A stretch of DNA of 64,000 nt from Candidatus Latescibacterota bacterium (GCA_965215195.1 CBDCDC010000002.1:832001-896000); one strand, 5' to 3'. Counted from the stretch's first letter, positions 30,501-38,962 are shown. Made by a program: numbers and translations. Notes: generated by a model not told the origin, from the letters alone.

Positions 30501-31470
30501 TGAGGTTCCGGTGCAGCATGGGTTCGTCGCCCTCGCCCGCTTCGTGCAACTCTGTCAATGCTTCTACTGCTTGCCGAGCAAAGGCTAGTCGCGCCTTCGC
30601 ATCCCACGTATCGTCAGCGGCGCGTTGCGCGAGGCTAGGGGCCGCCGGGTCTGCGACCGTGAAGAACCACATCTCGCCAGCGTATCCCGGTGCCTCTTGA
30701 AATGAATCGACAATGCGCGGTGCCCAAGCTCGAAGTTGCAGCCGGTGCAGTGCGCCAAATTCCCGCCGCGCCCGGTCCTCTGGATTCGGCCGATCGATCG
30801 CCGACACGTCGCAAAGGTGCAGGAGCACGCGATCCCGCCGCTTAGAATGCGTACCCTTGTAGATTCGATGAAGCCGCTCGGCCGCCGGCGTCTGAAGTTC
30901 CAGATTGACATAGCCGGCCAATCGTCTCAGCGCACCGTCCATAACCACGCTGGCCTTTGGGTACAGAGCCTTGCCCAGCATCTTGACCTGCGACGGCGAT
31001 AGAGACGCCGGCGCATTTAGTGCCAAGGCACTTTGCCAAGTTTTCAACGTGTGGAAGCGAACGCCGCGGACTTCCCGCTCCTCAAGAGGCTTGACTTTCG
31101 CCGCATCCTGCGTGACCAAAAATACCCCATCCACCCGGCCGAGATCCGAGATCTTCTGGCGCAAGGTGGTGCCGACCTTGCGCGCCTTGTTCGTTACGCG
31201 CTCGGCTTCGCGTTCCACAAGTTCGGTATTCTGCTTCACCCAAGTCGCGTTCCAGTGTTTGACCTCAATGACCCGAACTCCAGGCGGGCCGATGGCGACA
31301 ATGTCGATTTCATCTGATTGGCGTCGATGAGTGGTGGAAAACGCGAGGTTGGTCAGCAGCAACCACTCGCCATCGCCCAACTCGGAAATCAAGCCCGTCT
31401 TGAGCCGCTCAAAGGCCCGCCGCTCGCTCTCGTTGACGGCCGGACCACAGCTAATAAGGGTAACTTTCAT
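27496..31470 (-). CDS. MAD6-like protein: NERD nuclease, pseudokinase, Ser/Thr kinase, DndF-like P-loop ATPase
   Basis: EIDIVAIGPPGVRVIEVKHW (NERD); HRNLTPGTILV; LGSGGVG..VAKV..HGDVSPRN..TDYD; LCGNAGDGKT; AINDGRL; CETC..C. Confidence 0.82.
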   Translation of the reverse strand: MKVTLISCGPAVNESERRAFERLKTGLISELGDGEWLLLTNLAFSTTHRRQSDEIDIVAIGPPGVRVIEVKHWNATWVKQNTELVEREAERVTNKARKVGTTLRQKISDLGRVDGVFLVTQDAAKVKPLEEREVRGVRFHTLKTWQSALALNAPASLSPSQVKMLGKALYPKASVVMDGALRRLAGYVNLELQTPAAERLHRIYKGTHSKRRDRVLLHLCDVSAIDRPNPEDRARREFGALHRLQLRAWAPRIVDSFQEAPGYAGEMWFFTVADPAAPSLAQRAADDTWDAKARLAFARQAVEALTELHEAGEGDEPMLHRNLTPGTILVRHDNTPILTGLQYARIPADVTVAVSEVEEDEWDVAVAPEIRKQGLGAADRQSDVYSLCASLSVLFAERDEASMVLAEGKADDRAERATLEKLRDSLSALLGEPPAVVAPPARFWTEDQVVKFRGRDYRIVSRLGSGGVGTTFKVVRIDGATGGDLGAYVAKVVGDKRTGERVLRAYNLAHSHLADSAALSTIFETADEWRDNCFVALMRWIEGEPLSELAGVLPILAEDFHEESGEALALRWLYAVCAALDVLHGNGLVHGDVSPRNMIVANGDIVLTDYDCVAKLDEPVAAPGTVMYSSHTHLKDRPAAPADDFFALAASFFQVLFEKEPFMYDGSRAKERGLNWDGVERTAYPTVAAFLDQATNPDPVQRFASAAEAKAALSPPAATEAESADESEPPAEPPVRRENEVPWLQFLLQSYPGSRWGNSETRGLDTDFAAQTYVETKLEDALYGDILRRKVRLVILCGNAGDGKTALLQHLAGRLGFGIHNSSERILENRMEDGLIVRMNLDGSAAWQGRSADELLDEFLEPFQQGVPDEAIVHLLAINDGRLLEWIERVESETPLTQALYGLLDREEAAPESHIRFISLNQRSLVGSVVPSESHIETGFLEDLLDSLYGRKKAAQHWAPCETCSAQDRCEVRRAMRRFGPQGLPGMAPQDERTRARQRLFEMLQAVHLRGETHITVRELRAALVYILFGVHFCSDYHNGADAPLPYWERAFAPESSGRQGEVLQELIRFDPALEAHPQIDRHLLRTPSVDTSKGAPHYPGLTLKEARRRAYFEWTADDLNELVGDAHALGLAQARHYREFSNLPIAEGDRDDLCRRLCEGIARLESLPPQALDRPDVVPLRITPRTPTETAFWVEKPLSNFRLEPDLPAEAEGLDRLHRQALLIYRYRDGGEERLRLGADLFHLLLELSEGYQLGDVSTDDTFAHLSIFVQRLVREDDRTVLAWNPMQDEATYEVAAEIVEGADAGVQQQMIIRRLEEITNGR

Positions 31471-31515
31471 CGGTCGTCGCCTTCCATGAGCACTTAAAAA
31501 AACGCTATCTGTTCC

Positions 31516-32526
31516 CTACCCCACGCGATACTTCTCCACGGCCTCCACATCCAGCTCAACGCCCAGCCCGGGCGCGTCCGGCACGGCCACGAAGCCATCA
31601 ACCGGCGTCAGCGCACCGCCGATTAGGTCGTTCTCGCGGGTAAAGTGCAGGCTGTCCGAGGGAATGGTCGCATTGGGAACGGTCGCGTGGACGTGCGTGC
31701 CATAGGCCCCGGACACGCCCAGCCCCAACCCCACGACCTGCAACCAGACCGGCATCCCGGCCGCCGCAGCCATGCCAGCGCAGATCTGTACGCGCTCGAC
31801 ATGGCCGCCCAGATTGAAGCAATCGGCCGCCTCGGCGCGGATCGCGCTCAGCACCATCTGGGGATCGCCTAAATGGGGCGCGAGCCGGATGCGGGTGTGG
31901 CGGCGAAAGTCGCGGTACTGGTGCCAGCCCGGCAAGTACTGGAAAGGATCCTCAAATGCCTCAATGTGATACGGCTCTAATGACTCGGCCAGCCGCAGGC
32001 TCGTGCTCAAATCGCCGAAGGTGAAATTCGGATCGACGATGATGCCGTAGTCCGGGCCGGCCGCTTGGGTCATCAGCTCAACGGTCTCGACGATGTTCCA
32101 AGGCCGCGCCTTGAGCTTGTGGGTCTTGAACCCGCGCTTGGCCCCTTCCTCGGCCATGGCGGCGAATTCGCGCGGCTCCAGCGGCGGCGACCACCAGCCC
32201 ACCGGCACCCGGTCCCAGTGCTTGGAGCCCATGAGCCGCCAAGCCGGCACCCCGAGGGCCTTGCCGACGATGTCGTACAGGGCCATGATCATGGCCCCGC
32301 CCTTGTCGCCCAAATTGACCTGCATGGGATTGACCCCGAGCCACTCGGCCTCCAAGCTGGCCAGCGAGCCGCCGCGCCCGCCTTCGCCCACGCCGCAGAT
32401 ACCCTCATCGGTATGCACTTTGATCAGGCTGATGGGCTGTTCCAAGTAATGGCCGGGGCGACTTTTTTCAATGGCGGGGATATGCGGCACCGCGGTGACG
32501 AACTCTTCGATCTGGGTGATTTTCAC
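31516..32526 (-). CDS. Mandelate racemase/muconate lactonizing enzyme family protein
   Basis: GTG start after GGGAGG; MALYDIVGKALGVP, HKLK, VDPN, FEDP, PGLGVELD. Confidence 0.88.
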   Translation of the reverse strand: MKITQIEEFVTAVPHIPAIEKSRPGHYLEQPISLIKVHTDEGICGVGEGGRGGSLASLEAEWLGVNPMQVNLGDKGGAMIMALYDIVGKALGVPAWRLMGSKHWDRVPVGWWSPPLEPREFAAMAEEGAKRGFKTHKLKARPWNIVETVELMTQAAGPDYGIIVDPNFTFGDLSTSLRLAESLEPYHIEAFEDPFQYLPGWHQYRDFRRHTRIRLAPHLGDPQMVLSAIRAEAADCFNLGGHVERVQICAGMAAAAGMPVWLQVVGLGLGVSGAYGTHVHATVPNATIPSDSLHFTRENDLIGGALTPVDGFVAVPDAPGLGVELDVEAVEKYRVG

Positions 32527-32528
32527 GA

Positions 32529-33731
32529 TTATACCTCCCTTAGCCAGTCCTCGGGGATGTCGATCCCAAAGCCGGGACCTTGGGGCAGGCCGAGCCGGCC
32601 GTTTTGTGGCACGTTGGTCCCCGGCGGAACTTTGTAGTGTCGTTGCCCCCACTTTGAAGGCGTCCCAATATAGCACTCGGCCAACGGCACGCCGGGCAGC
32701 GATCCGACGAAAAACTCGATCAGCGGGGTATTGGGCATGGCCGCTGTCCAGTGCTGGCCATAAGGGTCGTTGCCCCCGGTGTGCAGGCACATCTGGACGC
32801 CTTGCGAATCGGCGAAATGGGCCAACTTCATGGCCTCGGTAAAGCCCCCGATCCAGTAGATATCGGCCTGGATCAAATCGACGAGCCGCTCCTGTACGGC
32901 CCTCATGCCCGGATGGCGAGTGGACCAGTGCTCGCCATCGGCCAGCGTCTGCCAAGGTACGCGCTGGCGCAGGGCGCGGTGCCCCGCCCAGTCGTGGGGC
33001 ATCAGCATTTCCTCCATCCAGCGCATCCGATACGGCTCGAGGGCCTCGCAGAGGCGCACGGCAAAGTCGAGGTCAAAGGTCATCCAGCAATCGAGCATCA
33101 AGTCGGCGTCCGGGCCGATTAACTCGCGGCACTTGGCCATCAACTCAACCGTGCCGTCGATTCCGGCTTGGCCATCAACGGGTCCGTAGGGACGGGCCAG
33201 CTTGAATTTTTTGAAGCCCAACTCCAAGTACCAATCCACGTCGTTGCCGGTGGCATAGGCTTCCATCTGGGTGCGCTGCGGGCCTCCGGCCAGCCGATAG
33301 ACGGGCTGGTCGAGGGTTTTGCCCCACAGGTCCCACAGCGCCAGATCGACCCCGGCGACCGCCCGCGCCGTAAGCCCTTCGTTGCCAAAGGACAGCGTCC
33401 CCCGCCACATGCGATCGTTGCACCGATCGATGGCCCCCACTTCTTGCCCGACGACTAGGGGGGCTAGGCACTCGGCGATGATCGGCTGGGTCGCATGAGC
33501 CGAATCCGTGCGGCCCAAGCCAAAGGTGCCGTCCTCGGCGATGGCCTTGACCCAGATCTCCCCGCCCGGCTTGGGCATGATCCGCTCCTCGGGCGCGAAT
33601 TTATCCATCGGCGTGGCCTGCTTAGGTGCCCAAAGCCACGTCTGCTCGCGCCGCGGCCGGGTGCCCTCCGCGCTCGGCCGCGGCGGCGACAATTCAAAGG
33701 TTTGGATAGCAGCTATTTTCTTGGCGCACAA
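32529..33731 (-). CDS. L-rhamnonate dehydratase-like enolase family enzyme
   Basis: DLALWDLWGK, YATGND, MLDCWM, WMEE, GEHW, PGFGID; start uncertain (TTG 33731 assumed). Confidence 0.85.
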   Translation of the reverse strand: MCAKKIAAIQTFELSPPRPSAEGTRPRREQTWLWAPKQATPMDKFAPEERIMPKPGGEIWVKAIAEDGTFGLGRTDSAHATQPIIAECLAPLVVGQEVGAIDRCNDRMWRGTLSFGNEGLTARAVAGVDLALWDLWGKTLDQPVYRLAGGPQRTQMEAYATGNDVDWYLELGFKKFKLARPYGPVDGQAGIDGTVELMAKCRELIGPDADLMLDCWMTFDLDFAVRLCEALEPYRMRWMEEMLMPHDWAGHRALRQRVPWQTLADGEHWSTRHPGMRAVQERLVDLIQADIYWIGGFTEAMKLAHFADSQGVQMCLHTGGNDPYGQHWTAAMPNTPLIEFFVGSLPGVPLAECYIGTPSKWGQRHYKVPPGTNVPQNGRLGLPQGPGFGIDIPEDWLREV

Positions 33732-33762
33732 ACTCCCCGTCCTCTCAGGAAAGAATCCATAG

Positions 33763-34221
33763 TCAAGCATTGCATGGCTCTTCACCTTGAGCCGTCATGG
33801 ACGCATTACCGTCATCGGGCAAATCCAAGAGCCTTTTGATCGCGGCGACCACAAAGTTCGCATCCTGCGCCGCCTGCCGTGCATCTTCTCTAGTGTACTT
33901 GTGCTCCAAATAAAACGCCGGTGCCCGAGCCTGCGCTAGCCATAGGGAAATCTCTTCGATTCGGTCTAGTTCCTGAGTATCTGCGGATTCCCGCTTCTGC
34001 CGGAATTGCTCGGAAAACACCGGGGCAACATCGTGTACTTTGGGATAATCTACACCCAGCACTTTTAGGCCCCCCTTTAGGGCAAGCTCGACGACTTCCT
34101 GAGATCGCCGCACGGCCAGATTGGAGTCCTCTTCTTGCAGGGCACCTTGAACATCGCGCAGGTAGATGCGTTCACCTTCGGCGATTAGCTGCTTGCCAGT
34201 CGCTTGGAGGCTGTCCTTCAT
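33763..34221 (-). CDS. HEPN domain protein (COG2250-like)
   Basis: AVRRSQEVVELALKG..YPKVHDV..RAPAFY; ATGA overlap with the MNT gene. Confidence 0.85.
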   Translation of the reverse strand: MKDSLQATGKQLIAEGERIYLRDVQGALQEEDSNLAVRRSQEVVELALKGGLKVLGVDYPKVHDVAPVFSEQFRQKRESADTQELDRIEEISLWLAQARAPAFYLEHKYTREDARQAAQDANFVVAAIKRLLDLPDDGNASMTAQGEEPCNA

Positions 34222-34745
34222 AACACCAATACCTCGTCCGGTTTCAGATCTGGTTTTAAGTCCCAGTACCAGCCGCTGTCGCGCCGGATTTTTCGCGCAC
34301 CCAATTGCCGCAGCCTGTCCTGTAACTTGTCTAAGCGATGGCGAAAAAAATGCCCTCGATCTAGGAGAATCCGCGCCTCTTCGATCATGTCTAGGTAGAG
34401 CGGCAGGTTTTGGTCTGCCTCTTCTCGCGAGAGAATGACGACGTTGGGGGAAGGAAAAATGTGTTGCGCAACTAGTTCCGCCCAGCAGGCTTGGCACCGC
34501 AGATGTCGCAAGAGAGGCAGCAACAACTGAACCCGTTCGCGAAAGACCGGAGGAGCCTTTTCCAGCACGAGCAGCAAATCCACATCGCTTTCCGTTGTCG
34601 CGTTGCCGCGAGCCACAGACCCATAGAGGACAACGGAAAGGACCGCACCACCCAGTGCCTCTTGGACCGAGGCAACGAAGCAGTCAAGCAACGGCTTATA
34701 GGTTGGGTAGCCGAATTTGGCCGCCTCGACAGCTACGACTTTCAC
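34218..34745 (-). CDS. Minimal nucleotidyltransferase (MNT) antitoxin
   Basis: LYGSVARG..SDVDLL; C-terminal WYWDLKPD; GTG after CAGGAGG. Confidence 0.87.
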   Translation of the reverse strand: MKVVAVEAAKFGYPTYKPLLDCFVASVQEALGGAVLSVVLYGSVARGNATTESDVDLLLVLEKAPPVFRERVQLLLPLLRHLRCQACWAELVAQHIFPSPNVVILSREEADQNLPLYLDMIEEARILLDRGHFFRHRLDKLQDRLRQLGARKIRRDSGWYWDLKPDLKPDEVLVL

Positions 34746-34786
34746 GGCTTGCCTCCTGAAGTTAGGTTGGTGCATCTATTTGCTGC

Positions 34787-35815
34787 TTACAGTTCGAGTT
34801 GGCAGCCTCGTTCAGCCGCCTCGTACGCCGCCTCGACAAAGCGCATGGCCTGCAAGGCATCGTCGCCATGGGTGATAAAAGCACCCCGCCCGCGGCTGGC
34901 GGCGACAAAGTCGGCGATAAAACCCAACCCGGCCGCCCCCCCGTACCCGGGGGCCTCGCCGACCGAGAGGTCGAATTGGCGGTACTCGTCCTCGGCCCAG
35001 CCCTCGGCTTGGCTCTGGACGATGAGCCGGTCGCCGCGTCCATCCCAATTTTGCATCACCCAAGTCGCATCCCCTGCGGTTCCCCTGAAACACAAGTAGA
35101 TATCGCCGTAGCGGCGCGGCAGGACATAGCCGGCGTGCAGGCTGCCTAGCGCACCGTTGTCCATGCGGAACGAGGCGGCGAGCACGTCCTCGACGTCGAT
35201 GCCGGTGCCGCTCAGGGTCGCCTTGTGGGCGCTGACGCTCCGGTATTCTAAGCCGCTGATATAGCGGATTAGATCGACCGTGTGGATCGCCAGCCAGTGT
35301 AGGATCCCCCCGCCCGCTTGAGCGCGGTCAAAGAGCCAGTGGTCCGGGTTGCGCTGCTGCACGGTGCTGGTGACCATCCGCCCCTCAATGGAGACGATGC
35401 GGCCCAAGACGCCGGCCGCGATGAGTTGACGCGTCTTGTCGGCAATCGGATGGCAGCGGTTCAAAAAAGCCGTCGCCCACAAGACCTGCTGGGCGGCCGC
35501 TATTTCGTTGAGACGGGCGATGGCAGTGGCCGTGCGGGCGACCGGCTTTTCGGCAATGGTCGGCACGCCGGCCTGCAAAAGCTGGGCGATGAGGGCGGGC
35601 GCTTGGTCGTTGCGCGTACATACTATGGCTAATCCCAGCTTCTCGCCCGCCAGCAGCGCGTCTAGGTTGCCATATACCTGATCGACGCCGGTACATTCTT
35701 CGGCCGCGCAGACGACCAACCGGCCCACGGCCGCGCAGTGCTGTAGCGAGGTCAGCCAACCCTTGCTGTGGGGATTGTCCAGCCCGACGAGGGCCGCGCA
35801 TACTTTATCCGTCAT
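34787..35815 (-). CDS. Gfo/Idh/MocA oxidoreductase
   Basis: AEKPVA, GGGILHWLAIHTVD, VED. Confidence 0.88.
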   Translation of the reverse strand: MTDKVCAALVGLDNPHSKGWLTSLQHCAAVGRLVVCAAEECTGVDQVYGNLDALLAGEKLGLAIVCTRNDQAPALIAQLLQAGVPTIAEKPVARTATAIARLNEIAAAQQVLWATAFLNRCHPIADKTRQLIAAGVLGRIVSIEGRMVTSTVQQRNPDHWLFDRAQAGGGILHWLAIHTVDLIRYISGLEYRSVSAHKATLSGTGIDVEDVLAASFRMDNGALGSLHAGYVLPRRYGDIYLCFRGTAGDATWVMQNWDGRGDRLIVQSQAEGWAEDEYRQFDLSVGEAPGYGGAAGLGFIADFVAASRGRGAFITHGDDALQAMRFVEAAYEAAERGCQLEL

Positions 35816-36791
35816 GGTACTCCACCACCTTTCCCTCCCGCGCCGAGCGGTAGATGTTTTCCAACAGGGCCACCGTGCGCCGGCCCTCGCGGCCATCGAC
35901 CCGCAGTGCCGTCCCGTTCTCTAGGGCCGATACCACGTCCTCGACGACATTGGTCCGGGGATTGTGCATGGCCAGCAGCTTCTCCTCCAAGCCGTCGCCA
36001 AAGACGCGCATCTCGCCCGACAGCACCGCATCGAGCAACACCCCGCCCTCGCTGCCGTGGACCTCGGCGCTAAAGTAAGGGCTGGCCGGGAAGGTCGTCG
36101 TGCCCAAGATGCCCCCTTTGGCCCCGCTCGCGAAATTCAAGATGGCCTGGCCAATATCCTCGGTCTCAATGTCGTGGTTCATAATTGCCGTCTCGCCATA
36201 GACGGTCTTGGGCACACCCATGAACCACAGCAGGAGATCGATCAGGTGCGACCCTTGGTTGGCCAGCGACCCGCCCCCGTCCATGGCCCAAGTGCCGCGC
36301 CAGCCGCCGCCGTGCTCAAAGTACTCCTGAGAGCGAAACCACTTAAAGCGCACCTCGCCCAGAATCGGCCGGCCCAACAGGCCCTGCTTGAGGGCCTCGG
36401 CCACGCGGTAATTGTTGTCGACGTAGCGGCTTTGGTAATCAACGCCGAGCAAAAGGCCGCCCTCGTCAGCCGCGGCGATCAGCTCGTCGCAGGCTTTGGT
36501 GCTGACGTCCATGGGCTTGGTGGTGATTACGTGCTTGCCGGCATGGAGCACCTCAACGCCTATTGGGGCGTGCAGTCCGCTCGGGGTCATTACCAGCACC
36601 ACATCCACATCGCCCCGCCCCAGTGCGTCTTCCAAGCGGACGCACCACGAACAGCCCATTTCCGCGCCTACTTGGCGGGCCAAGTCCTCGTTGAGATCGA
36701 CGACTACGCGCAACTCGGCTCCTTCGGTCTCGGCCACTTGCCGGGCGCGATTGCGCCCCATGCCCAGCCCTACAACAGCAAATCCGATCAT
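35805..36791 (-). CDS. Gfo/Idh/MocA oxidoreductase
   Basis: VVGLGMG, TPSGLH, TKPM, WRGTWAMDGGGSLANQGSHLID. Confidence 0.9.
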   Translation of the reverse strand: MIGFAVVGLGMGRNRARQVAETEGAELRVVVDLNEDLARQVGAEMGCSWCVRLEDALGRGDVDVVLVMTPSGLHAPIGVEVLHAGKHVITTKPMDVSTKACDELIAAADEGGLLLGVDYQSRYVDNNYRVAEALKQGLLGRPILGEVRFKWFRSQEYFEHGGGWRGTWAMDGGGSLANQGSHLIDLLLWFMGVPKTVYGETAIMNHDIETEDIGQAILNFASGAKGGILGTTTFPASPYFSAEVHGSEGGVLLDAVLSGEMRVFGDGLEEKLLAMHNPRTNVVEDVVSALENGTALRVDGREGRRTVALLENIYRSAREGKVVEYHDG

Positions 36792-36795
36792 TTTG

Positions 36796-37461
36796 CTAGC
36801 TCCTTTTAGGATCTAATTCAACAAGGCGTCTATCTGCCAGCCTCTCAAGGCGTTTTGCCTGAGTTAGAAGGGTTTGACGCAACCCCGACGAAACGTTCCT
36901 CTCGCTTATGAGCCGGGCCAAGCTGGCGATCGTACTGGCCCTTCTTGCTATTCTAATATCTGGATGTTGCTCCCTAGCGTAGATATGCGCTGGTATTATC
37001 TTGGCCCGGTGCGATTCGGGTAGCTCAATTTGGTCCGTCGGCTGTATATCTTCCTCATTGAGAATCGCACCAACAGCAGATTCTTGCAGGAGCTTCTGGA
37101 ATACGGTGTATTCCGCTTTGTCCATGAGGAGTTTGGCCGCTCTTTTCTCTTCATTCGTCTTTTGCACAATGCCAAAGAAGGGCCAAACTTCCACTTCGGC
37201 TACTTCTACAGGGTCGAGGACGAATTTACCCACTGCATCACTCCTTCTTCCCGTAAGATGGCGACCAATCCGCCCCCGGACCTCCTCAACGGTCTGCCCT
37301 ACATAAATAGGCTCATCCTCATAGTCGTAGAATGCGTAGATACCACAAAGGGCATTGCCAATTTTGCGTCCCTGCTCGTCTTCGGTGTCGTAAAATTTCT
37401 TTATCTCTTTTTCAATGTCCCTGACATCTTGTGGAGACGATTGCTTGATTCTTTGAGCCAT
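36796..37461 (-). CDS. GIY-YIG endonuclease
   Basis: GIYAFYDY..PIYVGQT..RIGRHL; coupled to the MTase by TAATG. Confidence 0.85.
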   Translation of the reverse strand: MAQRIKQSSPQDVRDIEKEIKKFYDTEDEQGRKIGNALCGIYAFYDYEDEPIYVGQTVEEVRGRIGRHLTGRRSDAVGKFVLDPVEVAEVEVWPFFGIVQKTNEEKRAAKLLMDKAEYTVFQKLLQESAVGAILNEEDIQPTDQIELPESHRAKIIPAHIYAREQHPDIRIARRASTIASLARLISERNVSSGLRQTLLTQAKRLERLADRRLVELDPKRS

Positions 37462-38582
37462 TATACTTCTACCTCACTCAGCTCATCAACAACCGGATTG
37501 AGATAATATCGGGCTATCCACTCAATGGCCGATACGCATACGGCGTCGCCAAAACCAAACAGTGCTCTGTTCACTGGTAGGTCTGGGCGGAGCGTAAATT
37601 CATCGGCCCCCATTAGGCGGGCGCATTCCCGCGGCGTAAGCAGACGGACTGCATACTTCCCGTTGCCTCCGCGAAAAAGGATCTGTCGGCCGCTGCCACC
37701 ACGCGGCGTTCTCAAACATCCGGCGATACCATCGGTGCGCAGTTCGGCCATGGATCGCTTGTTCCGCACCCGGCGAAAGACCGTGCCATAGGAATACTTT
37801 CTGCCAGCGATCATTTTTTCGGCTACTGCCCGGTGCCGTTGGCTCATCTGGTTCAGCAGGTACTCTGCTCGTTGTTTGCTCCACCATTCCTCGACATCAT
37901 CCGGCAAATTTTCGAGCACATCTTCGAGCGGCTGGTCGTTGCCGGTAATTTCTGGTAGCTGTCTAATATGCCATGCCAGTTCAGGGTGTGTAGCGATAAA
38001 ATGGGCGAGGGACTTGGGCCGAATTTGGCTTTCTATGAGGGCCTGTTCGAGCAGGGCAGGGCCTTTTCGTTCGCCCTGAACACCCACCACAAAGAGCCTC
38101 TGCCGACTTTGCGGAACAAACCACGCCGCATTGAGAATAAAGGCATCCACCTGATAGTCTAGATCGTTGAGGGCCTGTAATGCACAGCGCAAATCCTCGC
38201 CTTGGTGGGAGGTCAAAAAGCCGGTGACGTTTTCCAAAAGCACGATAGCGGGCCGGCGCTCGTCCATTTCTTTCAAGCTCTTCACAAAACCCCAAAAGGC
38301 AGAGGACGCTTTGCCGTTTAGACCACGTCGGGCCCCGGCAAGAGACAGATCATTGCAGGGAAAAGAGGCCGTCGCCAGAGCAACCGACGGCAGCCTAGCC
38401 CCTTCTTGGTTGTGGATATCTCCGACGATGAAATGCTCGTCGGCATCCGCGAAGTGGGCCTTGTACATCGCATACTTTTCCTCGTCGATATCGTTGGCCC
38501 AAGATATAGCCCACCCTTGACGCTCAAGACCCATTCTCATCAAGCCGATACCAGCAAAAAACTCGGCAAATGTTTTTTTCAT
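37461..38582 (-). CDS. DNA (cytosine-5) methyltransferase
   Basis: EFFAGIG (I), SFPCNDLSLAG (IV), LENV (VI), PQSRQRLF (VIII), RLLTPRECARLMG (IX), FGDAV (X). Confidence 0.95.
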   Translation of the reverse strand: MKKTFAEFFAGIGLMRMGLERQGWAISWANDIDEEKYAMYKAHFADADEHFIVGDIHNQEGARLPSVALATASFPCNDLSLAGARRGLNGKASSAFWGFVKSLKEMDERRPAIVLLENVTGFLTSHQGEDLRCALQALNDLDYQVDAFILNAAWFVPQSRQRLFVVGVQGERKGPALLEQALIESQIRPKSLAHFIATHPELAWHIRQLPEITGNDQPLEDVLENLPDDVEEWWSKQRAEYLLNQMSQRHRAVAEKMIAGRKYSYGTVFRRVRNKRSMAELRTDGIAGCLRTPRGGSGRQILFRGGNGKYAVRLLTPRECARLMGADEFTLRPDLPVNRALFGFGDAVCVSAIEWIARYYLNPVVDELSEVEV

Positions 38583-38636
38583 TGCGATCTCGCTCGCTCC
38601 TCTCTAATTGCTTGAACGGTGCTATTCGGCCGCGAC

Positions 38637-38697
38637 TTAGACCCAGTTCTCACATTGCAGTCCCCGAATCCGGCTGAACTCTCTCAGATTATTGCTC
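38637..38697 (-). pseudogene. vapC: VapC (PIN) toxin C-terminal remnant
   Basis: SNNLREFSRIRGLQCENWV* is the typical VapC tail; the rest of the gene is missing. Confidence 0.75.
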
Positions 38698-38911
38698 GCA
38701 CAGATCCTCGCGGCTTTGGGGCGGGAGGTCTTCCCGGGTCGCCATAAAATCTTCGGAAGGGAGCGGCGTCTCCTTAAAGAAGGCATCCCAAGACAGCGGA
38801 CGAGGCGAGAGGATGATATTCTGGCCTTCTTTTCTGATCAATACTTCCGCGCCGGCAAAGCGAAATTCTTTAGGCAGCCGCACGGCTTGGCTTGGCAATT
38901 TTAGGTTTCAC
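38689..38911 (-). pseudogene. vapB: VapB (AbrB-type) antitoxin, frameshifted
   Basis: GAGGAGG RBS; GTG start gives MKPKIAK, out of frame with SQAVRLPKEFRF..SW..F..SEDFM; junction reads GCCAAGCCAAGCC. Confidence 0.8.
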
Positions 38912-38931
38912 GATAAAATCCTCCTCGTTGG

Positions 38932-38954
38932 CGTATATCAAAGGTATATACCTT
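38932..38954. promoter_or_regulatory. Putative vapBC operator
   Basis: Perfect 14-bp palindrome AAGGTATATACCTT (38941-38954) plus an adjacent GTATAT, upstream of vapB. Confidence 0.6.
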
Positions 38955-38962
38955 GTCGCCCG

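Noticed and set aside
27496-31470. BREX type 2 PglW
   Set aside because: Shares NERD and kinases but ends in a DndF-like ATPase; no pglX/Y/Z in the window
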